Below are positions 1 through 9,399 of a stretch of 64,000 nucleotides of DNA, in pieces (position 1 is the stretch's first letter; every line of letters starts with the position of its first letter). This DNA comes from a virus (Duplodnaviria; Caudoviricetes), in the IMG/VR virus record IMGVR_UViG_3300021400_000046, positions 1 to 64,000 of that record; one strand, written 5' to 3'. The position numbers and the translations under genes are program-made. The notes below the pieces were generated by a model that worked only from the letters and a program-made list of their open reading frames with translations, was not told the DNA's origin and did not search any database.

Positions 1-123
1 CCCCGATTCATCATCCTGCAAGCCGCGTTCACAATCGGCCTGCCCCATCATATAAACCCAATAGATGAAAGCTCTCATTTCTTCGCGGGTGAAATTTTTG
101 ATACGATCATAAACAGTTTTCAT
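1..123 (-). CDS. hypothetical early protein (runs off window start)
   Basis: GGAGG RBS then ATG at 123, MKTVYDRIKNFTREEMRAF..., open to position 1. Confidence 0.6.
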   Translation of the reverse strand, partial: MKTVYDRIKNFTREEMRAFIYWVYMMGQADCERGLQDDESG

Positions 124-135
124 TCGCAGCCTCCT

Positions 136-342
136 TTACTTTCCGTAGGTCTGCCGGTATTCATCAGCGGGAATGACTCTATCGGCTCTCGCCAGGACGC
201 TCATGCCAGCCGGACAAGCCTCAAATTCGTCAAAGATATTTCTAACGATCTGCGCAGCCTCCGCTCTTTCATAGCCCTTCGCAAGAATGACTTTCATAAC
301 TCGCTGGAAGTTGTAATATGTTCTGTTCTTGATTTCGCGCAT
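136..342 (-). CDS. hypothetical early protein
   Basis: 68-aa ORF with AGGAGG RBS. Confidence 0.7.
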   Translation of the reverse strand: MREIKNRTYYNFQRVMKVILAKGYERAEAAQIVRNIFDEFEACPAGMSVLARADRVIPADEYRQTYGK

Positions 343-383
343 TTCAGATTGCCTCCTGTTTTGTTTGTTTTCAATACTGTTTT

Positions 384-896
384 TCAGATTTCAAAAACGC
401 GGACAAGATTGCTCTTGCAACCGGTATGGTGGTATCTGCCGGGATTCTTGACGCAATCGCACATTCTCATGTACTTGAAAACATGACCGCAATCCGGGCA
501 GCTCACGAAGTATTTATATCTTTTCGCGTTCATTTCTTCAATCATATCAGCGGCAACACCTTTTTCGGCGGCATTACTGCAACGCTTGATGTAAATACCG
601 TATGCCTTGTAAACCTTATCGGCCATTGCCTTCCACTTTGCACCGTGGTTCATACAGCCGGGAACGGAATGCAGCAGCTCATGGAGCATGGTGTTCATCA
701 GGCCGCTTTCGTCTGTCGTTTCGTCAAGAAGGACGGCATTGATCTGAATGTCAAATCCATTGGAAACCACACTACAAAGCCCCCATCTTTTCTTCGCCCG
801 ATTGTTTACCGTCACATTCTGGATATTGCCATAGGGGACTCCGATCTTGTCCAACATTTCCATACATCTGATTGCGTACTCCTGAATGTCGCGCAT
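384..896 (-). CDS. SprT-like zinc metalloprotease-domain protein
   Basis: RxKKRWGLC, HELLH (HExxH), HG..W, C-terminal CPDC; start reassigned to ATG 896 after GGAGG. Confidence 0.8.
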   Translation of the reverse strand: MRDIQEYAIRCMEMLDKIGVPYGNIQNVTVNNRAKKRWGLCSVVSNGFDIQINAVLLDETTDESGLMNTMLHELLHSVPGCMNHGAKWKAMADKVYKAYGIYIKRCSNAAEKGVAADMIEEMNAKRYKYFVSCPDCGHVFKYMRMCDCVKNPGRYHHTGCKSNLVRVFEI

Positions 897-943
897 TGTT
901 CTGTACCTCCGTGAAATTGATTGGTAATTCATTTACCATAGTC

Positions 944-972
944 ATTATAGCATAGTTATATAACTATGTCAA
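944..972 (-). promoter_or_regulatory. sigma-A promoter with palindromic operator in the spacer
   Basis: TTGACA-17-TATAAT with extended TG; perfect 18-bp palindrome CATAGTTATATAACTATG at 951-968. Confidence 0.85.
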
Positions 973-1165
973 GAACTTTTTTCAAATTTTCACAACTTTT
1001 TTTAACGGCACAAAATCATGTTCGCTGCGGCATTCCAGAACCAGGCGCAAGAGGCAACAGGAGGCACTGGAATGGCTCAGATTTGATTTTAGGCACTCGA
1101 TAGGGTAGTAAGCCATTTACTGCTATCGCTCGATATAAGACGTTCTGGAGGCTTGTGGCGAAGTA

Positions 1166-1411
1166 TTAAACGTCAATATAAAGGCAAGGCACATTAATTT
1201 CTTTTCCGGTTTTATCTCTGATCGTTAATTCACCGTACTCGCTGCCTTTTACAATCTGATTTCTTGTCTTTTCTGATACGCGAAAAATATCTTCATGGTC
1301 AATCCAGACTGTTTCAACAATCCATCCACTGTCACGGATTACACAGAGCTGCAATGCGTTTGTTTTATGCAATAGAAATTCTTTACAGGTTATCTTTTCT
1401 TTCATCTTCAT
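1166..1411 (-). CDS. hypothetical early protein
   Basis: ORF; start probably ATG 1411 or 1405 rather than 1483. Confidence 0.6.
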   Translation of the reverse strand: MKMKEKITCKEFLLHKTNALQLCVIRDSGWIVETVWIDHEDIFRVSEKTRNQIVKGSEYGELTIRDKTGKEINVPCLYIDV

Positions 1412-1739
1412 CGTCCTCGTCGGTAATTTCGACAACTCCAAGCATTTCACTGATATACCTGTCTGGATCATGATAGAAACCAAAGCAATTATTCAGAATT
1501 GATTTTTCAAATCCACCTTCTACATCGTTAATGTTCATTCGATTGCCGTCATAGTCCGTCAGGGAATAGCGATCAGGGAATTTCTGTTCCTTGCTGCCGT
1601 ACAGAGTATAGATAACCTTCCATTCCTTATCTCCAAGCGCTGCCTTGATCTTCTCCGGCGCAACGTCTGGATTCTGCTCCACAGCCAAATCATACAAGGA
1701 TTTCAAAAGGTCAATCTTGAAAGTAACTTTTCGCATCAC
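1383..1739 (-). CDS. hypothetical early protein
   Basis: 118-aa ORF, AGGAG RBS, acidic C-terminus. Confidence 0.7.
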   Translation of the reverse strand: MMRKVTFKIDLLKSLYDLAVEQNPDVAPEKIKAALGDKEWKVIYTLYGSKEQKFPDRYSLTDYDGNRMNINDVEGGFEKSILNNCFGFYHDPDRYISEMLGVVEITDEDDEDERKDNL

Positions 1740-1748
1740 ATATTTCTC

Positions 1749-1955
1749 CTATTCATAATCAATCAGATTAAAACTGTCATAAATGTCTGTATTCTCTCTG
1801 TACTTATCTGCAAGACGTTCTCCAATGTCGCGCCAGTTAGAAGGGCAATTGATCGTCCGTGCAAATTCAGAAATCAGATCGGAAATTTTGTCAGCCATTT
1901 CGTAGTCTTTACTTTCTGCCGCAAGCTCGATCATATCACAGATGATTTCAAACAT
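1749..1955 (-). CDS. hypothetical acidic protein
   Basis: 68-aa ORF with AAGGAG RBS. Confidence 0.65.
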   Translation of the reverse strand: MFEIICDMIELAAESKDYEMADKISDLISEFARTINCPSNWRDIGERLADKYRENTDIYDSFNLIDYE

Positions 1956-1967
1956 TTTTATTCTCCT

Positions 1968-2141
1968 TTACTTGCTTTCGTTATGTTCTACAATCAATTC
2001 AAATACATTGTATTTGCTGTATTGCGTATTTTCATTATTGTTTTTAGAAATAACTTCAATATAGCTCATGCCAAACCAGGCAATCACCAGAATGGAGATT
2101 GTGATTGTCACTGTCCAAATAGCTTTCTTGAAGTGTTCCAT
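1968..2141 (-). CDS. small membrane protein (not in ORF track)
   Basis: AGGAGG RBS, MEHFKKAIWTVTITISILVIAWFGMSY..., one hydrophobic helix. Confidence 0.6.
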   Translation of the reverse strand: MEHFKKAIWTVTITISILVIAWFGMSYIEVISKNNNENTQYSKYNVFELIVEHNESK

Positions 2142-2153
2142 GAAGTATTCCTC

Positions 2154-2387
2154 CTATGTATTGAGAAGTTTGAAACCTACCAGGCTATTCACTTGCCGCG
2201 CCGTCATTCGCTGCCATGTGCCACGCTTAGACAGACCGGGAGTCTGATAGATTGGATTGCCATAAACCATGCCAGAGGCTTGACTATAATGGAGCTGATA
2301 TACTCTGCCATAGGTTACAATGTACTGTTCACTTTCATAAATCTTCCGCGCTTCTGCATCGTTGATTTGGATTTTTCCGATCTTCAT
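2154..2387 (-). CDS. hypothetical early protein
   Basis: 77-aa ORF, GGAGG RBS, first gene after promoter 2424-2452. Confidence 0.7.
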   Translation of the reverse strand: MKIGKIQINDAEARKIYESEQYIVTYGRVYQLHYSQASGMVYGNPIYQTPGLSKRGTWQRMTARQVNSLVGFKLLNT

Positions 2388-2423
2388 TGCTGCGCCCTCC
2401 GTAGTAATTTATTTACTATAGAT

Positions 2424-2452
2424 ATGTTACCACAGATTTCTCAGTTTGTCAA
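2424..2452 (-). promoter_or_regulatory. sigma-A promoter
   Basis: TTGACA-17-TAACAT with extended TG; A-rich upstream element; same leader hairpin as promoters at 944 and 7047. Confidence 0.7.
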
Positions 2453-2492
2453 GCAAAATTTCATAACATTTTCTAAAAATCTGAAAATCTTT

Positions 2493-2690
2493 TTATGTAC
2501 GTATCGAATAGGTTTTTCCACTATGATCCATCCACAAGTGAAAGCCGGATTCTGTCTTGTTGATAACTGCGCCTTCGTCTCTCCGCGCCAGGTCAAGGGT
2601 GTATTTCATCTTCTGCATTGCTTCGTATGGCGTTTTCGCAACAAAGCAATATGTTTTCCCATCGTCCAGGCAATGTACATTCTGCGTCAT
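2493..2690 (-). CDS. hypothetical early protein
   Basis: 65-aa ORF with AGGAGG RBS. Confidence 0.7.
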   Translation of the reverse strand: MTQNVHCLDDGKTYCFVAKTPYEAMQKMKYTLDLARRDEGAVINKTESGFHLWMDHSGKTYSIRT

Positions 2691-3180
2691 TGTAGAGCCT
2701 CCTATTTATCGTTAAAAACCACATAGACGTTTTTATACCAGCTCGAATTATACTTTTCTTTGCCAATTTACTGCACTACCTTTTCAATCACATTCACCCA
2801 ACTGCAAGTCGTAGAGAACGCATAGGTATTTGCTTCGGCCTTTTCCTTCGTGCTATATACGCCGATAATCTGCGGCGCTGCATCATTGTACAAAGCGATT
2901 GCAATATAAACTTTCTGCTGCTTCATAATGCTCTCTCCATTTAATTCATAGTTGATTTGTAGGAATTAAATACTTTTCGTCAATTTTTCCAAAATATGCC
3001 ACGGTATATTTAGAAAAGCGGATTATTGATTCTGTATTCTGCGTCCTTCTTGCGCTTGTACCTGCCGTGATCCGTGCGCGTGGAATAGCAATGATTGAGA
3101 TTATCCCAAATCACCCACCAGGTTTTGCCGTCCAGCGCCGTGCGTTTTACTGCCTTATACCGTCGTTCCATAATATCCTC

Positions 3181-3957
3181 CTATTTGTTGTTTGCAACTA
3201 TCGACAAGCACAACAGGCCAGCAGTTAAAGAGTCACCACCGCAAGCATTGATTGTGCCCTCGATCTTGTTCAGAAACGGATCGCCTTCTCCGTGCTGCTC
3301 CTTCGGTTTTACCGTGACAAACTCCGGCATATAAACCGTAATCATTTTATGAAATTTTCCGACATCTTCTGTATCTCCGCGCCCTGCCGCAACCTTATTC
3401 GCATAGGCCACAGCCGCGTCACTATCCAGCGCGGAAAAATAATTGTCGTTGCGAATGTTCGAATTGTAATGGTATTCGACAAACATTCCAGTGCCGCCAT
3501 GATTTCCACCAAGCCCGAATGTATTGATACAATAGCGCGGTTCATTCGTCTGCTCGTACACTTCGCCGGAAATCAGAATGAAATTTTCCATTTCATGCTT
3601 GACAGCAAGCAACATCTTTTCGCGGTCTGGATGTTCACCATCACGCCACTCTCGCGGGAAAAACCAGGAACAATTTTCGTTTCTATGCTTCAATTCATCC
3701 AGTACCGTGCTAATTCCACGTTCTCCCGGATCGCAAATGAAACCTCCGCGCTTGACTTTGCTCCAAAGTTTTCCATTATAGAAATAGATTTTACCCTTGC
3801 CAGAATAGGAATTATCCTCAAATGCAAGCCGCAAATCTTCCGGTTTTACTTCGCACAATTCCGCATCGACATATTCATCCCGCTCAGTGTAGCGCGGTTT
3901 TCTGCAACGTGGCGGGATATAGCTTTCTTCGTATTTGATCCATGTTTTAATCTTCAT
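3181..3957 (-). CDS. hypothetical phage protein (MKIKTWIKYEESYIPPRCRKPR...)
   Basis: Long ORF; start reassigned to ATG 3957 after GGAGG. Confidence 0.8.
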   Translation of the reverse strand: MKIKTWIKYEESYIPPRCRKPRYTERDEYVDAELCEVKPEDLRLAFEDNSYSGKGKIYFYNGKLWSKVKRGGFICDPGERGISTVLDELKHRNENCSWFFPREWRDGEHPDREKMLLAVKHEMENFILISGEVYEQTNEPRYCINTFGLGGNHGGTGMFVEYHYNSNIRNDNYFSALDSDAAVAYANKVAAGRGDTEDVGKFHKMITVYMPEFVTVKPKEQHGEGDPFLNKIEGTINACGGDSLTAGLLCLSIVANNK

Positions 3958-4002
3958 TGTAAATCCCTCCAGATTTTCCGTTATAACATTCACAATTTAG
4001 AA

Positions 4003-4239
4003 TTATGCCACATCATACAGATAGGACAAATATGGGTAAATCCGCTTTGTCTCTCTGATTGCGATTTTATATGCTCTGTCAGAGCATCCGCGACTTTCCA
4101 GATAGAAAACGCCGCCTCGCTGGATAATCGACAAGCAATCCCGATCAATCGTGCCTTTTAACAGTCTGCTTTCTGTCTGCTTGAAAACGTCCCAAGTCAG
4201 ATATTTTTCGGGAATTGCGTATTTTGCCATATTTTCCAT
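4003..4239 (-). CDS. hypothetical early protein
   Basis: 78-aa ORF with GGAGG RBS. Confidence 0.7.
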   Translation of the reverse strand: MENMAKYAIPEKYLTWDVFKQTESRLLKGTIDRDCLSIIQRGGVFYLESRGCSDRAYKIAIRETKRIYPYLSYLYDVA

Positions 4240-4264
4240 TTACATACCTCCAAATTTTCCACTT

Positions 4265-4501
4265 TCAGATCAATGCAGATTTCGGAACTTCGATAACTTC
4301 ACATCTGGAATAAAGTGTTATATTCTTTTCCGCATATCTCTCAGCTTGTTTCAGGCTCGTGTAACACTTTTCAGGATTGATATTTTCCAATGGGTATTCG
4401 ACAAAATAATTGAATTTTCCGAAAATGCAAGCCGGGTTTTCCTTTGTCTGTTTCCTATGCGGGAACCACTGGACAATCAAATAATAATGCTTACTTTTCA
4501 T
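4265..4501 (-). CDS. hypothetical early protein
   Basis: 78-aa ORF overlapping the end of the upstream gene. Confidence 0.6.
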   Translation of the reverse strand: MKSKHYYLIVQWFPHRKQTKENPACIFGKFNYFVEYPLENINPEKCYTSLKQAERYAEKNITLYSRCEVIEVPKSALI

Positions 4502-5000
4502 AACTTACCCATCCAATCTTTTCCAATTCTTCATCATTCGGCTCCCACACTGTTTCATATTCGTCAGTATTTGGATTATACTCCGCAACACTTACGCTGC
4601 AATTATAAATCATATAATCCCAATCCTCTTTCTCTTTTTCCGTTGGTATTACTTCTTGTCTTTCTGAATCATATTTCCAATTCATACTTTCCTGCATCAT
4701 CCATTCGATCAGAGTATCAAGTGCAGATTCTTTTGCCGCTTCTAATGAATCTGCACCATACCCATCACTGCATGAATCATTGTCCCACTGGACAAGATAG
4801 GCCGATTTTTTGATTGGCTGCGGCCTGCTGATTGCAAGAATGGCATTTGCAACATCAATGTACGGATATTTCATGCCATCAGGGAATGCGGTTTTCAGAT
4901 CATCCAGGATTTTGCTTGCAAATTCTCCACCGTATGTATAGCAATCACATCCTGCATCAACAAGGATTTTCATTGCGTAGTTTTCCAAAGTTTCCATCAA
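4491..5000 (-). CDS. hypothetical acidic early protein
   Basis: 169-aa ORF with AGGAGG RBS; D/E rich. Confidence 0.75.
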   Translation of the reverse strand: MMETLENYAMKILVDAGCDCYTYGGEFASKILDDLKTAFPDGMKYPYIDVANAILAISRPQPIKKSAYLVQWDNDSCSDGYGADSLEAAKESALDTLIEWMMQESMNWKYDSERQEVIPTEKEKEDWDYMIYNCSVSVAEYNPNTDEYETVWEPNDEELEKIGWVSYEK

Positions 5001-5013
5001 ATTTTCCTCCTAT

Positions 5014-5199
5014 TCAATATAATGCTTTGAATGCCTGAATGATCTTTTCTCTGCGTTCTGGATCGTTGTCGCCGCTTGTTCTATACGTATTCCATGTCCC
5101 ATCTCTCCCTGCATAGCAACTGATTTCTTCTTCTCTGCCATCCAGAAGAATGCGCATATAAATATGACTGGAATAGTTATGTTCTACCAACTTTTCCAT
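5014..5199 (-). CDS. hypothetical early protein
   Basis: 61-aa ORF with GGAGG RBS. Confidence 0.65.
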   Translation of the reverse strand: MEKLVEHNYSSHIYMRILLDGREEEISCYAGRDGTWNTYRTSGDNDPERREKIIQAFKALY

Positions 5200-5215
5200 T
5201 CAGATTTTCCTCCCT

Positions 5216-5422
5216 TCAGCATATCAAATCTATTTCTCTATTTTCTTCATTGATCGTTTTCCTGTAACTACTGATATAATAGATTTCTTCTCCGCTGATT
5301 CCCTTTTTACACAAATCACAGATAGGATTTTCCACTTGTCCAGCATCTAAAATGTCAACTATATTCTGCCTCCGCATAGTGTTATGAATTGATTGTAAAC
5401 ACTTTCGGCAAACCGCAAGCAT
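5216..5422 (-). CDS. small CxxC...CxxC zinc-binding protein
   Basis: CRKC and CDLC motifs; AGGAGG RBS; similar layout to 10049-10219. Confidence 0.65.
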   Translation of the reverse strand: MLAVCRKCLQSIHNTMRRQNIVDILDAGQVENPICDLCKKGISGEEIYYISSYRKTINEENREIDLIC

Positions 5423-5440
5423 AAAATTGTCCTCCTACTA

Positions 5441-5704
5441 TTATTCAGCGAATAATCTGCATGAATCAAAGTAGACACATTCGCCGGTTGCCGTCTCTCT
5501 TGCCGCCGTCCAATGGAATGCGCTGCGGGATAGGCCACTAATAAAAGCCCTTCTTCCCAAAAGTTCAATAGCCTTGTCCATGCTGATTTTCTTGCCACGG
5601 TATTCATAATCTGTTTTCGCCGCTGCCGCCTCGATCTGAAAGAAATTGCCTTCAACGAACCCCATATCCCACAAGATTTTCTTATCTTCAAGTGTCAGTT
5701 TCAT
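5441..5704 (-). CDS. hypothetical early protein
   Basis: ORF; GGAGG RBS before MKLTLEDKK. Confidence 0.7.
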   Translation of the reverse strand: MKLTLEDKKILWDMGFVEGNFFQIEAAAAKTDYEYRGKKISMDKAIELLGRRAFISGLSRSAFHWTAARETATGECVYFDSCRLFAE

Positions 5705-5719
5705 AGTTACCTCCATTTC

Positions 5720-5923
5720 TTACAGACAAGAGAAATGCGAAAGAAGGAGCTGCCCGATCCGGTTCCCATTCATATCATAGAACATACCGAAAGCATCACC
5801 ATCTTCATCCATCCATACCGTCATACGGTCAAGGATATATCTCTGCCCTTTAATAATTTGATTAGGGAAGTTGTTTCTTGTTTTGATACATTTTACTTCA
5901 AGCATTGCGATATTCTTTCCCAT
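5720..5923 (-). CDS. hypothetical early protein
   Basis: ORF; GGAGG RBS before MGKNIAM. Confidence 0.65.
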   Translation of the reverse strand: MGKNIAMLEVKCIKTRNNFPNQIIKGQRYILDRMTVWMDEDGDAFGMFYDMNGNRIGQLLLSHFSCL

Positions 5924-6042
5924 GATAAGTACCTCCAAATTTTCCGATTATAAATATGCTTTCAGGTATCGAACATTGCCCAGCCGGTCAACACTCTTTA
6001 ACCGTGCGTATTCTGCGGTCACTCGGTCAACCGTGAAATTGT

Positions 6043-6312
6043 TTAGTACAGAAAGTCCATCTCAGACATTTTTCCAATCAAATACTTATACAGGTTTTCC
6101 AAAGTCACACCACAGAAACTTGTATTATTTGTAATGTCAATTGCTTGCATGATATACGGGACAAATCTGAAATTTTCTGCTGTAACATCCATGTGAATGA
6201 AATTTTCCATCATGTAAAACTTAGCAACGTCCTTTTTGCTGCCATCCTTATACACGACGTAAACCACAACGGTATTTTCATATCTATCAAATCGAACACT
6301 CATAATCGCCAT
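6043..6312 (-). CDS. hypothetical early protein
   Basis: 89-aa ORF with AAGGAGG RBS. Confidence 0.65.
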   Translation of the reverse strand: MAIMSVRFDRYENTVVVYVVYKDGSKKDVAKFYMMENFIHMDVTAENFRFVPYIMQAIDITNNTSFCGVTLENLYKYLIGKMSEMDFLY

Positions 6313-6324
6313 TGTACTACCTCC

Positions 6325-6489
6325 TTATGCTGCCCATGAGCGGGTTTTTGTATTGTACTTCCATTCCTCAATCACAATGATTTCACAGTCTGGATTGAAA
6401 AGCTCCGCATGAACTTCGTCCCATCTTGTGCATACTTTATGATGGAATTTTCCATATAGATTGTATTCGATGTAGATATAAGTCAGCAT
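6325..6489 (-). CDS. hypothetical small protein (not in ORF track)
   Basis: GGAGGAAAATCTG-ATG; MLTYIYIEYNLYGKFHHKVCTRW... Confidence 0.6.
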   Translation of the reverse strand: MLTYIYIEYNLYGKFHHKVCTRWDEVHAELFNPDCEIIVIEEWKYNTKTRSWAA

Positions 6490-6526
6490 CAGATTTTCCT
6501 CCAAATTTTCCGTTCAGAAATATGCC

Positions 6527-6997
6527 TTATGCTGCGTAGTGCTTCATCCGCACAAGCTCCATATCGAAATCCAGAAGGTGATTGTTCTTGTATTCTTCCA
6601 CGATTGCACCGTGGAGCCGGTCAACATACTTTCCGAAGGCGGCGATCAGCTTCTCCGCATTGCCCGTTGTCTTTCTGTATGAGATTTTCCGATAATCACA
6701 GTAATAAATGCTTTCTGCCGGTTTTGTCTTGATGGAACTTTTGATTGCCGTCATGGTCATGTTCTCCGGCAGATCGTCCTCCACCGTCCAGCCGCTCGGC
6801 ATATGGATCATAAAGGAGGCGCGGATCATATCATTACCGGCGATATTGTTCGGGCATTCCCGCTCATTCTCGGCCATCAGGCAATCAATGGTCAGGCTTG
6901 TTCCAAAGCACCGGTAAACCTTGCAAGCCACAAAGGACTTTCCAAATGCCGCCTTGTATGCGGCCTCAATCTGCTGCTTAAATTCTGCGAATTTCAT
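6527..6997 (-). CDS. hypothetical early protein
   Basis: Start reassigned to ATG 6997 after AAGGAGG; first gene after promoter 7047-7075. Confidence 0.75.
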   Translation of the reverse strand: MKFAEFKQQIEAAYKAAFGKSFVACKVYRCFGTSLTIDCLMAENERECPNNIAGNDMIRASFMIHMPSGWTVEDDLPENMTMTAIKSSIKTKPAESIYYCDYRKISYRKTTGNAEKLIAAFGKYVDRLHGAIVEEYKNNHLLDFDMELVRMKHYAA

Positions 6998-7046
6998 GGT
7001 GTTACCTCCTTCAAATTTTCCGTGTGGTAAATCATTTACCATAGCT

Positions 7047-7075
7047 ATATTAACATAGATATATCACTATGTCAA
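7047..7075 (-). promoter_or_regulatory. sigma-A promoter with operator copy
   Basis: TTGACA-17-TAATAT with extended TG; CATAGATATATCACTATG at 7054-7071. Confidence 0.8.
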
Positions 7076-7104
7076 GCAGTTTTTTCAAGTTTTTCAAATT
7101 ATTT

Positions 7105-7425
7105 TTACGTCCAAACCAGGCAAATCCCATTCGCATTTTCCGCAATGTCAATGCGATCTGTTTCTTCCTGCGCTGCGTTGATTGCTGCGATTGCTTCCGG
7201 CGATCCGTCGAAAATCACATCACAATGGAAATTGTAAATTTTCCCATCCAAGTCAACAATGCCGGTATGCACCTTATATCCTTTTGCGTTCGGATTTTCC
7301 GCTTTATATGCTGCGATCAGTTCCCGATTGCTGTCATTCAGCCGGTCGAATGCTTCCGGCATTCCCCAATTTCGCCAGTCGATATAGGCTGTGTCGTTGT
7401 TTATTTTCGCCGTATGTAAAGTCAT
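7105..7425 (-). CDS. hypothetical early protein
   Basis: 106-aa ORF with AAGGAGG RBS. Confidence 0.7.
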   Translation of the reverse strand: MTLHTAKINNDTAYIDWRNWGMPEAFDRLNDSNRELIAAYKAENPNAKGYKVHTGIVDLDGKIYNFHCDVIFDGSPEAIAAINAAQEETDRIDIAENANGICLVWT

Positions 7426-7439
7426 AAGATTTTCCTCCT

Positions 7440-7847
7440 TCAGATTGTCCAGGGATTCATTTCTTCGATCCCATCATAGATTTCTGCGATATGTTCTCTT
7501 GTGAAGTTTTCCAGCTCGTCAATGTAGTATTTCTGTCCTTTGGTCAGGTTCTTATTGTGGTATCTCATGTAGTCGATCAGATTTTCCGCTGCTCTCATAA
7601 CTGCGCGATAGTAAAGCTCCTTCAGCTCGGCGCGTTCATGTTCTTCCGTCGTTTCTCCGGCATTCTGCAAAAGCTCCACCGTCTCAAAGTTTCCGTTGCG
7701 ATAGGCTCCGGCGATCAGACTATGAAATTTTCCAAACTTGAAATAGCGGCGATTGATTTCTCCACCGTTGTCATAGTAGTTTTCCAGCGTGGTATTATCT
7801 CCGCTGCAAGCGGCCATCCACAATTCATCAATGGTCAGATTTTCCAT
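7440..7847 (-). CDS. ankyrin-repeat-like protein
   Basis: LWMAACSGD...YYDNGGEIN and SLIAGAYRNGNFETVELLQNAG resemble two ANK repeats; start ATG 7847 after AAGGAGG. Confidence 0.6.
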   Translation of the reverse strand: MENLTIDELWMAACSGDNTTLENYYDNGGEINRRYFKFGKFHSLIAGAYRNGNFETVELLQNAGETTEEHERAELKELYYRAVMRAAENLIDYMRYHNKNLTKGQKYYIDELENFTREHIAEIYDGIEEMNPWTI

Positions 7848-7860
7848 TTGTTCGCCCTCC

Positions 7861-8175
7861 TTAAATGTCGTATGTCCTGTAATACGGGAAGTAGTTTTTG
7901 AAATCTTCCCATGCCTGTTCATGCTCCATGATCCAGCCGATGATTTCTTCCTTCGACGGTTCCAGGTCGATTTTCCGCGCCATTGGTCTATGCTTTGCCA
8001 TCATATTTTCCGCTTCAATCAGTGTTTCAAATCCACCGGCGATTGAGATTCCGAATGCCGTATCTCCGTCAAATTCAGTATTGAATACAGAATAGTGATT
8101 GTAAAATTTTCCGTTCGGATAACGATAGATAATGTGCTTTTCGTTTCCGTCTCTGTATTCTGCGAATTTTTCCAT
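7861..8175 (-). CDS. hypothetical early protein
   Basis: Start reassigned to ATG 8175 (MEKFAEY) after AAGGAGG. Confidence 0.7.
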   Translation of the reverse strand: MEKFAEYRDGNEKHIIYRYPNGKFYNHYSVFNTEFDGDTAFGISIAGGFETLIEAENMMAKHRPMARKIDLEPSKEEIIGWIMEHEQAWEDFKNYFPYYRTYDI

Positions 8176-8188
8176 TTGTGTTACCTCC

Positions 8189-8554
8189 TTATTCGTTTGC
8201 CATGCGCTTGCATTCTTCCAAAAGCCGGTTGAAATTTTCCGGCGTTGCTTCCAGCATCCAATCGAAATTGATCTTGCATTCGTGCGGGTAAATCGTCGGA
8301 TTGTATTTGCCCGTGCAATTATCATGTTCGTCGTAAACGTAAACCATCATATTGATCGTTTCAGGAATGAATTTTTCCATATAACCGTGCTTGATCCAGA
8401 GATTCATAAGGTCATGCCGATTTTTCCGATTATGCTGCGTAGTAGAGAAGTAAACCACAATGCGCTCGTTTTTGTTGTTGGTAAACTGTACCGGTTCATA
8501 CTGTTTATGTCCAGCGCCGATATTTCTAACTTCGATCAATTCCAAATTTTCCAT
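8189..8554 (-). CDS. hypothetical early protein
   Basis: Start ATG 8554 (MENLELIE) after AAGGAGG. Confidence 0.7.
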   Translation of the reverse strand: MENLELIEVRNIGAGHKQYEPVQFTNNKNERIVVYFSTTQHNRKNRHDLMNLWIKHGYMEKFIPETINMMVYVYDEHDNCTGKYNPTIYPHECKINFDWMLEATPENFNRLLEECKRMANE

Positions 8555-8565
8555 AATGTACCTCC

Positions 8566-8865
8566 TTATTTGTTCAGCATCCATCCGCTATATCTCGCGG
8601 ATTCAATCGTATCGTCCATGATTTTTTCCGTGCCGTTGTCGTTCATCGTAATGGCTGCACAATCTCCGATCTGCCAATCTTCCACGCCGTAGAACGTCCA
8701 GGCGTTTCCGTTGAAATCTTCCACCGTGACAACATCGGATTCACGATCCAGCGCAATGACTTTTGTGGTCAATGCGTATCTATGATTTTCCGTGGATTTT
8801 TCCGTATGAGCTGCGCAAGCTGTCAGCATTGCCAGACAAAGGATAATGATTGAGATTTTCCGCAT
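8566..8865 (-). CDS. putative lipoprotein
   Basis: MRK + hydrophobic stretch + LTAC lipobox; beta-rich body. Confidence 0.7.
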   Translation of the reverse strand: MRKISIIILCLAMLTACAAHTEKSTENHRYALTTKVIALDRESDVVTVEDFNGNAWTFYGVEDWQIGDCAAITMNDNGTEKIMDDTIESARYSGWMLNK

Positions 8866-8877
8866 TGTACTCCCTCC

Positions 8878-9363
8878 TTATGAAATTTTCCGATATAATA
8901 CTTCGCCATTGCTAAACAGTGCGGAACAAACCAGCATCGAATACCCACGCTTCGCCAGATTTTCCAGCCAGCGGCAAATCTTCCGCTTCTCTGCGTCCGC
9001 TGCTCTGATTGCCGCGCTCCGGCACATATCGAAATAATAATGTGCATCTTCATTGTCAATGCAATATTCCGAATCCCGATCCAGGTCAAAGCGATTCTCG
9101 AATTTTTCCGTCACAAAGAATTGGAAACCTTCGTAATATCCGCTGATAATCGTCACGTTATGGAATTTCAAATTTTCCGTGAACGTCTCAGCGATCTCCC
9201 GCGCATTTTCCGCTTCATCTTCCAGCCAGCCATAGAATGCGCCTTCGGTCATTTCTTCTCCAAATTCTTCCATATACTTTTCCGCAACGTCCGCGAAACT
9301 TTCCAGACCACCGCAAACCAGCGGCATATCATAATTCATTCTTCTGAAATTAGCAGTACCCAT
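8878..9363 (-). CDS. hypothetical acidic early protein
   Basis: Start ATG 9363 (MGTANF) after GGAGG. Confidence 0.75.
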   Translation of the reverse strand: MGTANFRRMNYDMPLVCGGLESFADVAEKYMEEFGEEMTEGAFYGWLEDEAENAREIAETFTENLKFHNVTIISGYYEGFQFFVTEKFENRFDLDRDSEYCIDNEDAHYYFDMCRSAAIRAADAEKRKICRWLENLAKRGYSMLVCSALFSNGEVLYRKIS

Positions 9364-9399
9364 GAGATTTTCCTCCATAGTCATTAGATTTTCCAGCAT

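Noticed and set aside
5950-6045. Possible frameshifted extension of ORF 6043-6312
   Set aside because: The alternative frame is short and preceded by a stop; no slippery site or homology evidence
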